Shown here piece after piece: positions 21,501 through 27,875 of a stretch of DNA of 32,000 nucleotides; within the stretch, counting starts at the first letter, position 1, and each line of letters starts with the position of its first letter. Made by a program: the position numbers and the translations under genes. Source of the DNA: Candidatus Saccharimonadota bacterium (GTDB lineage Bacteria > Pseudomonadota > Alphaproteobacteria > CAJXXZ01 > 1604HC); assembly GCF_008189525.1 (NCBI RefSeq), contig NZ_CP043314.1, positions 480,001 to 512,000 on the forward strand, given 5' to 3'. The notes below the pieces were generated by a model. It was not told the origin of the DNA and did no database searches. It saw only the letters and a program-made list of their open reading frames with translations.

Positions 21501-23761
21501 GTTCTTTCAAATTTTCTAAGATTATAAGTATTAACATCTCCATCATCAGCTTTAACAAATATAGATGAAGCATCAACTTTCATAACTGTTCCAGGCTTAA
21601 CAGAAACCATACCAGCTCCAGAATCTCTTACTACTATACCCTCAATACCTGTTCCTACCAAAGGAGTATCCGGCCTTATAAGAGGAACAGCCTGTCTTTG
21701 CATGTTTGCACCCATCAAAGCTCTTCCAGCATCGTTATGTTCTATAAACGGAATCAATGAAGAAGCTACAGATATAATCTGCTTTGGAGAAACATCTATG
21801 TAATCTATTTCTTCAGGAGAAACAACAACATATTCATTGTTCTTTCTACAGCTAACGAGGTTAGATTTAAAAGTTCCATCTTCTTTAAGGATAGATCTAT
21901 CTGCATGAGCTATAATATGTTTTTTATCATCAATTGAAGATAAGTATTCTATATTTTTCTGTATAATTCCATTTTTAACTGGATAATAAGGAGTTGAAAT
22001 AAATCCATATTCATTTACTTTACTAAATATAGTTAGAGAGCTAATCAAACCAAGATTAGGCCCTTCAGGTGTTTCTACAGCACAAATTCTTCCGTAATGT
22101 GTAGGGTGCAAATCTCTAACTTCAAGCCAAGCTTTTTCTTTAGAAAAACCACCTGGTCCAAATGAGGACAATCTTCTTTTATGGCTTATTTCTGAAAGTG
22201 GGTTAGTTTGATCCATAAATTGAGAAAGTGGAGATGTACAGAAAAATTCCTTTATTACTCCAGTAAATGATTTAGAGTTCAAAACAAAATCAGAAGGCAT
22301 AGCTGTTTCCATATCTACAGAACCAAATCTATCTTTAATTGATTTTGCAAATCTACCCAGAGCTATTCTGCATTGATTTTCTACTAATTCTCCTACAGAT
22401 CTTACTCTTCTATTTTCAAGACTATCTATATCATCTACAGATCCTTTGCCATTTTTAAGCTCTATCAACATTTTAATAGACTTCAATATATCTACTTTTG
22501 TTAAGGTAAGCTTATTTATATCTATATCTAGCCCTAGCCTGCTATTAAGTTTTACACGCCCTACTTCAGAAAGAGTGTAATAGTTAGGATCTGAAAATAA
22601 AGATCTGTACAAAGAGTATACAACATCCATTCTAGGTCTTTCACCAGGTCTTATTGTGTTGTATATCACAACCATAGCTTCATCTCTGCTAGAACATGGA
22701 TGAGCAATAATACTGTCTATCAAAAAAGATGTTTGAGAAAAATGATCTACTAATACACCTTCAAACTCTGCAAAATTGTAATCATAAAAAGAAACTAAGG
22801 AGTCAGATGCCTTTATAGAACCTTCTTCACATTTCATATCATGTGCAAAATAAATATCTGGAAGAGATTCTTTATTAAACCAATATGATTTCACATTCTC
22901 TAATGCTTTCAGCTTCATTTTTGTTATTTTTGATCCAGCAGGAACAATAACTTCTTTAGTATCAAAATCTATAAGATCAAAAGAAAGCTTAAGTCCTTGA
23001 TAAATAGATGCATTTAAGAAAGCTTCAACTCCATTTTCATGCTTCACAAACTTAGAAACATTATAGAATTCATAAATTATATCAGAAACTGACATTCCTG
23101 TAGAATCAGAGCCTGTATCGCCTCCTGATAAAGACATTAAAAATACAGAAAGAGGTATTTTTTTATTTTTATCTATTCTAACGTTTATTATATCATTGTG
23201 ATCGAACTCTATATCTATCCAAGAACCTCTGTAAGGTATAATTCTAACAGAGTGTATTGACCTTCCAGTTTTATTGTCTATGTCCAAGAAAACTCCTGGA
23301 GATCTATGAACCTGAGAAACTACAACTCTTTCTGATCCATTGATTACAAATGTTCCAGATTTTGTCATAAAAGGCATTTCACCAATACAAACACTTTGTT
23401 CTCTTAAATCTTTTACTTTTAATCCATCTGATTCAGGATCAAAAATAGCCAATCTAAGGAAAATACTTATAACACCACCATAAGTCAATCCTTTTATTTT
23501 TGCTTCTTCTTCAGTGTAAATAGAATCTGATATTCCATATTGGACAAATTCTAGCTTCAAAGTTTTTGAAGAATTAAATATAGGAAAAAACTCACTAAAA
23601 ACGGATTGCAATCCTTTGTTTTTTCTTCTTTCAGGAAGAACATTAAGTTGCAAAAACTTATCATAAGATTCTTTCTGCAATTGTATAAGATCTGGTACTT
23701 TCAGATCACGTTCACTTATGTTAGCGAAAGATTTACGAAGAAAATTATTGCCATTGCTCAT
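15590..23761 (-). CDS. rpoBC: Fused RNA polymerase beta-beta' subunit (RpoB ~aa 1-1358, ~16-aa linker, RpoC ~aa 1375-2723)
   Basis: One uninterrupted 2723-codon ORF. Beta motifs present include [20 protein letters not shown] and the C-terminal [22 protein letters not shown]. These are followed in frame by the beta' N-terminus [33 protein letters not shown]. The beta' part also has the zinc motif CKCGKY..CPSCGV and the catalytic [16 protein letters not shown] RBS lies upstream of the ATG at 23761. Confidence 0.95.
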   Translation of the reverse strand: [2723 protein letters not shown]

Positions 23762-23834
23762 GTATTTTTATTTAGCTCCTCTAATGAATTAAGAAAATAA
23801 GAATAGATTTTTATAAAAAATATCTATAAAAAAA

Positions 23835-24263
23835 TTAGACTAAGGAAACCTTAGCGCCTTCTGCTTCTAGAGCAGCTTTGTGCTTGTTAGCATCATCCTT
23901 AGGGAAGGTACCTAAAGAAGCTGGAAGATCCTTAACTAATCCCATAATTTCTCCAAGACCAAGGCTTGCATTAATGGACTTAATTGCTTTAATCACTTTA
24001 GCTTTCTTGTCAGCAGGAAATTCATTCAACTTTAGTTCAAAGTCTTTCTTTTCCTCTTTAGCTTCTCCAGAATTTTCTGAATCTGCAGCCTGAGCTTGTA
24101 CTTGAGCTACAGGAGCATCACTAACGCCCCAAGCTTCTTTAAGCTCTGTTACAATGTCTGCACTTTCTTTCAATGTAAGAGAGTTTAAAATCTCAAGAAT
24201 AGTACCTTTCTTTTCTTCAGAATCTAATCCTGAGAAAGAATTTAAAATGTCTTTTTTGTTCAC
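23835..24263 (-). CDS. rplL: 50S ribosomal protein L7/L12
   Basis: The C-terminal domain KVIKAIKSINASLGLGEIMGLVKDLPASLGTFPKDDANKHKAALEAEGAKVSLV is collinear with L7/L12, and an Ala/Glu hinge is present. The start is re-assigned to the GTG at 24263, with GGAGG 6 nt upstream. The ORF-track start at 24293 is also a GTG but lacks an RBS. Confidence 0.9.
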   Translation of the reverse strand: MNKKDILNSFSGLDSEEKKGTILEILNSLTLKESADIVTELKEAWGVSDAPVAQVQAQAADSENSGEAKEEKKDFELKLNEFPADKKAKVIKAIKSINASLGLGEIMGLVKDLPASLGTFPKDDANKHKAALEAEGAKVSLV

Positions 24264-24350
24264 AAAAATCCTCCAAATTATTTTATCTAACACAAAAGTA
24301 ACAAAAAATTAACTTTTTTTCTATAGCAAAAGCAAGAAAAAAACAAAAAA

Positions 24351-24851
24351 TCAGCCTTTTTTAATCTTTTCTGACAAGATTCTAACTATAGAAGACTGTA
24401 AACTTGACATACAACGCACCATTCCGGAACAAGAAGAAGAAATTGCACCTACTAAAGTAGCCTGCAATGCATTCTTTGTTTTGTATTTAGAAATAGCACT
24501 TATCCCAGCTTTATCGAAAACATCACCTTGAATCAAAGCTGCCTTTACATTCACAGAATCACTGCTCTTAGATGCTTTAATCACCTTGCACATAGATTCT
24601 ATCGGATCTGACTTTCCATATACTAAGAAATTAGATTTCTTCATAAAAGAAGAAAACTCCTCATTTTCTATTGCAATTTTAGCCAAAGAGTTTTTTACAA
24701 ATTTTATCTCAACTCCATCTCCTAGCTCATGCTTAATTTCATCTAAATCAGATATAGAAACACAGCTTTGTTCAGTAAGAATCAAAAAATCGTTCTCAAG
24801 CTTTATCTTTTTAATATCATCAATCAGCTTTTTCTTAATAGAAGTATTCAT
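24351..24851 (-). CDS. rplJ: 50S ribosomal protein L10
   Basis: 166 aa in the conserved position between rplA and rplL, with an L10-like layout (....FVKNSLAKIA.. and a C-terminal helix for L12 binding). Its ATG overlaps the rplA stop (TAATG). Confidence 0.85.
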   Translation of the reverse strand: MNTSIKKKLIDDIKKIKLENDFLILTEQSCVSISDLDEIKHELGDGVEIKFVKNSLAKIAIENEEFSSFMKKSNFLVYGKSDPIESMCKVIKASKSSDSVNVKAALIQGDVFDKAGISAISKYKTKNALQATLVGAISSSCSGMVRCMSSLQSSIVRILSEKIKKG

Positions 24852-25555
24852 TACACAATTCCTTTTAGAGAGTTTTTATCAATTTCAACTGATGGACTCA
24901 TTGTAGTTTTAACAAAGATAGAGTTTAAACTATCCATACCTTTTGGCAAACTTTCCAAAACCTTTTCACATAAAGCAGTAAAATTCTCCACTAAAGAATC
25001 TGTTCCTAAACTAATTTTACCTATTCCAGCATGTAGATTTCCTTGAGCATCAGCTCCAGTGAATATTATACCTTTGATTGCAGATTTTACTAAAGAATCC
25101 AAATCTTGCGAAATTGTTCCTAGCTTTACATTAGGCATCTTTCCTTTAGGTCCTAAGATTCTGCTTAATTTCTTAGCGTATTTCATTCCTTCAACAGAAG
25201 ATAAACAAATATCACAGTCAATCTTACCAGATTTAAAATCTTCTACTAACTGATCATTTCCTAAATAGTCTGCCCCAGAATCCTTTATATTTTCAATTTC
25301 AGAATCTGATCCAAAAACAGCAATTGTTTTCTTTTTCCCTGTACCTTTAGGTGCAGGAATTGCAACCTTAAATGGTTGGTTTGCCTTCTTAGGATCTTTC
25401 TTCAAGTTAAAAGAAACATCTACAGACTCTTCAAACTTCGCAAACTTTAAATCTTTAATTAAATCTAAAGCTTCTTTCAAAGAAACAGATTCAACTTTTT
25501 TATCCTCAAGTATTTTTTTTAACTTAGAACCAGCATTATTAATATTTTTACCCAT
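24851..25555 (-). CDS. rplA: 50S ribosomal protein L1
   Basis: LKEALDLIKDLKFAKFEESVDVSFNLKKDPKKANQPFKVAIPAPKGTGKKKTIAVFG is collinear with the L1 consensus (F.EtVe....LgiDprk.dq.vRg...LPhGtGk..rV.Vf). Confidence 0.93.
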   Translation of the reverse strand: MGKNINNAGSKLKKILEDKKVESVSLKEALDLIKDLKFAKFEESVDVSFNLKKDPKKANQPFKVAIPAPKGTGKKKTIAVFGSDSEIENIKDSGADYLGNDQLVEDFKSGKIDCDICLSSVEGMKYAKKLSRILGPKGKMPNVKLGTISQDLDSLVKSAIKGIIFTGADAQGNLHAGIGKISLGTDSLVENFTALCEKVLESLPKGMDSLNSIFVKTTMSPSVEIDKNSLKGIV

Positions 25556-25611
25556 AAACTCCTCATTTTATTAAATAAGTACAGCATTTAAGATTAGCTG
25601 TAATTAACCTT

Positions 25612-26067
25612 TTAATTGTAAATTACTTTAATTCCTGCAGACCTAGCAGACCCAGCTATAATTTTTTTTGCTGAATCTATGCTATGAAAACTGACGTATT
25701 GCATTTTCTTCTTAGCAACTTCTTCTAGCTGCGCTTCAGTGATTTCAGCAACAAAGTCACCTCTTCCAGGCTTATCAGACCCCTTGCTTAGATTTATTTC
25801 TTGCTTAATAAGGTCAGTAACGCTAGGCCCTAAAGACTGCACTTCGAACTTATCTCCATTCAAATAAATTCTAAATGGAACTTTTTCTGCATTGGAAATC
25901 TTTTTTCCAATTTCATTAATCTTGTCCACTATAGCCTTCATGTTTTTAACTTTATGTTGACTTAAAACAGCTCCAACATTACCAGGAGTAACTTTACCCC
26001 CTGTTGGCAAATTAATATTTATAACAACTCCAAATTTAGATTTGTTAATTCTTTTATTTGCAGACAT
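25612..26067 (-). CDS. rplK: 50S ribosomal protein L11 (divergent N-terminal domain)
   Basis: Position and overall collinearity support the call: KGSDKPGRGDFVAEITEAQLEEVAKKK...IAGSARSAGIKV matches the L11 C-terminal domain. The N-terminal motif is unusually divergent; see findings. Confidence 0.85.
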   Translation of the reverse strand: MSANKRINKSKFGVVININLPTGGKVTPGNVGAVLSQHKVKNMKAIVDKINEIGKKISNAEKVPFRIYLNGDKFEVQSLGPSVTDLIKQEINLSKGSDKPGRGDFVAEITEAQLEEVAKKKMQYVSFHSIDSAKKIIAGSARSAGIKVIYN

Positions 26068-26078
26068 AACTTTTCTAA

Positions 26079-26831
26079 TTACCTTTCAATCTTTTTCACA
26101 TCAGAGAACCCGACTCTAGCATAAATACATCTTCCAAACATGCTTATTGCAATTTTCAGTTCTTCACCAGGCTCATCTTCATGAATTTCTTCCACAATAC
26201 CATTAAGACCATTAAATTTAGCTGCAGATATAATCACAGGGTCTCCAATAGAATATGAATGCTTTTTAGACAAAAAGCAATCTTCTTCTTTTCTGTTTTT
26301 AATCTTTTCTATATCGTCATTACTTAGAGTTTCTTGCAATATAGATGGCTTTATTTTAGAGTCTAAACTCTGCAATATATTTTTTAACCTACCAATGTGC
26401 ATAGTTTCTACAAAGATGTATCCAGGATACATAACCTTGTCCAAAACCTTCTCATTTCCAAGTTTATCCCAAGCTGTTTCTTTTACCATAGGAAGAAAAA
26501 CTTCTCCGAAGTTATCATCTCCATTAACGATATTTCTTATTTTTATAGAAAAAGTATTCTCTCTACCAGAGGGAACATTAACAGCGTACCACTTAAGAGC
26601 AACTTCGTCTTCATATGTATAATATATTCCAGGAAATTTTTTCAAAGCAGATGCAAAAATTTTAGAAAAATTAGTTTTGGTAGTATTTTTTACCATCACT
26701 TCCTTTTCTTGAATTTCCAACAAAAAATCCTCGACTTTTAATTCTTTCAATTTTGTTTCTAAAAATTTATATAGTTTTGAAAGATGAGTTTCACCAGGAT
26801 CGAATGCAAATTTTATAACAAAATTAAACAT
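26079..26831 (-). CDS. nusG: Transcription termination/antitermination factor NusG with a ~80-aa N-terminal extension
   Basis: The NGN domain starts at KWYAVNVPSGRENTF. The KOW domain is GDPVIISAAKFNGLNGIVEEI...MFGRCIYARVGFSDVKKI. The first ATG is at 26831; the ORF track begins at the GTG at 26837. Either start overlaps the secE 3' end. Confidence 0.85.
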   Translation of the reverse strand: MFNFVIKFAFDPGETHLSKLYKFLETKLKELKVEDFLLEIQEKEVMVKNTTKTNFSKIFASALKKFPGIYYTYEDEVALKWYAVNVPSGRENTFSIKIRNIVNGDDNFGEVFLPMVKETAWDKLGNEKVLDKVMYPGYIFVETMHIGRLKNILQSLDSKIKPSILQETLSNDDIEKIKNRKEEDCFLSKKHSYSIGDPVIISAAKFNGLNGIVEEIHEDEPGEELKIAISMFGRCIYARVGFSDVKKIER

Positions 26832-27021
26832 AGACACCTAATATCCAACGTACTATCTTTGAAAAACCTGAATCTATAGAATAGAAAATCACAGCAATTA
26901 ATGATGCAAAAATCACTACATAAAAGAAATTAAAAATAACTTCAGAAATTTTTGGAAAAGTAAAATGTTTTGATTCTGATTTTATCTTAGAAAAAAAGTC
27001 ATAAATAGAAGAAAATTTCAC
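26824..27021 (-). CDS. secE: Preprotein translocase subunit SecE
   Basis: 65 aa from the GTG at 27021. IKSESKHFTFPKISEVIFNFFYVVIFASLIAVIFYSIDSGFSKIVRWI fits the SecE pattern (E..KV.WP...e......vV.........d) with a single TM helix. The upstream 30 codons of the ORF track overlap tRNA-Trp and were trimmed. Confidence 0.75.
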   Translation of the reverse strand: MKFSSIYDFFSKIKSESKHFTFPKISEVIFNFFYVVIFASLIAVIFYSIDSGFSKIVRWILGVYV

Positions 27022-27034
27022 AAAAACCTTTCCG

Positions 27035-27107
27035 CAGGAGTGAAGGGACTCGAACCCATAACCGTCGGTTTTGGAGACCGATACTCTACCAATTGAGCTA
27101 CACTCCT
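27035..27107 (-). tRNA. trnW: tRNA-Trp (anticodon CCA), no encoded 3' CCA
   Basis: The rc folds by hand as AGGAGTG TA GCTC AATTGGTA GAGT A TCGGT CTCCAAA ACCGA CGGTT ATGGG TTCGAGT CCCTT CACTCCT G. All stems pair except one T-T mismatch in the T-stem. It is very similar to E. coli tRNA-Trp and sits in the classic position upstream of secE-nusG. Confidence 0.93.
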
Positions 27108-27318
27108 CCAACTAGCCTAATTATCCTATAACATAAATTCTTAAACTTCAATCCAAAGCATTGCATACAGATCAAAAAATTAAATGCATATACCCTCAAT
27201 GAACTAGATTGGAAATCACTAAAAAACAGGAAAAAGTAAATAAAAATAAAAGAACCTATCGTTTTATTTACCTTTTTTAAACCTTTTTATCTGTATAAAA
27301 CTCACAGAAAAGGCAATC

Positions 27319-27780
27319 ATGAACAAAGAACTAATAGAAACAATAAAAAACAATATAGGAAACAAAATAGATTCAAATAAATGCACAAAAAAAGGCGTAA
27401 AACTTTCTAATGCACTGATTTTCGTTTCTGTGCTTGCAATATCTAGCTTTGCTTTAGGTCAGTACTATGCATCTTTACTTTTTAAAAAAACAGAGATGAG
27501 TTCCTATAAAGATCAAAACTTAGAAAGCGAGATACAAACAAGTCAAAACAATAAAAAACAAAAATATGAAGTAAGGCTAGGAAAATTTGCTAATGAAATT
27601 GATGCAAAAGATTTCTCTACTAAATTTGGAATATTATCTCCTATAGTTTCAAAAGATAAAGATGGAGCTTATGTAGTAAAAGTCAAAGGCACGCATACAA
27701 TAAAAGAAGCAATTTCTACAGCAAATGCAATAAAGAAAGAAATGAAGATTTTAGCAAGCATTGCAGAGACTATTCAATGA
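27319..27780 (+). CDS. Bitopic membrane protein with a C-terminal SPOR (peptidoglycan-binding) domain
   Basis: A short cytoplasmic N-terminus is followed by one TM helix (LSNALIFVSVLAISSFALGQYYASLLF). Then comes KYEVRLGKFANEIDAKDFSTKFGILSPIVSKDKDGAYVVKVKGTHTIKEAISTANAIKKEM. This matches the SPOR pattern (Y.vQlGaf.n...A..l...l.........dg.yrV.vGp......A......lk). Its stop overlaps the next ORF start (ATGA at 27777-27780). Confidence 0.6.
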   Translation: MNKELIETIKNNIGNKIDSNKCTKKGVKLSNALIFVSVLAISSFALGQYYASLLFKKTEMSSYKDQNLESEIQTSQNNKKQKYEVRLGKFANEIDAKDFSTKFGILSPIVSKDKDGAYVVKVKGTHTIKEAISTANAIKKEMKILASIAETIQ

Positions 27781-27875
27781 ACGTAAAGAACTGTAACAAA
27801 TGTATAAATGAGAAAAACAACAAACAAACTAGCCTAATTAGAAGTTATGCAATTTGCAAAAAGATCTTCTCATCA

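Noticed and set aside
15590-26837. Antisense or nested ORFs inside rpoBC, rplL, rplJ, rplA and nusG. Examples: 17124-17324, 18858-19142, 20510-20722, 20940-21344, 23606-23800, 23878-24093, 24586-24906, 24768-25046, 25059-25253, 26395-26741.
   Set aside because: They lie opposite strongly conserved genes. They are short and compositionally biased, with no RBS or recognisable homology.
27035-27107. Possible UGA-to-Trp recoding, as in some tiny AT-rich symbiont genomes
   Set aside because: The tRNA-Trp anticodon is CCA, not UCA. TGA also terminates well-defined genes at conserved lengths, for example rpsU at 4913-4915 and the SPOR gene at 27778-27780. The standard code fits all ORFs.
27022-27111. 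5' 30 codons of the ORF-track secE call (MEECSSIGRVSVSKTDGYGFESLHSCGKVF)
   Set aside because: This segment is the reverse-strand translation of tRNA-Trp (27035-27107). SecE homology starts after the GTG at 27021.
27108-27318. Promoters for tRNA-Trp-secE (minus) and the SPOR-tssJ-tssK operon (plus) in the 211-bp divergent spacer
   Set aside because: Several partial -35/-10 combinations exist, such as TTGAAG...TAGGAT on the minus strand and ..TGTATAAA.. on the plus strand. None has good hexamers at proper spacing. In DNA this AT-rich such calls would be guesses, so none is reported as a feature.
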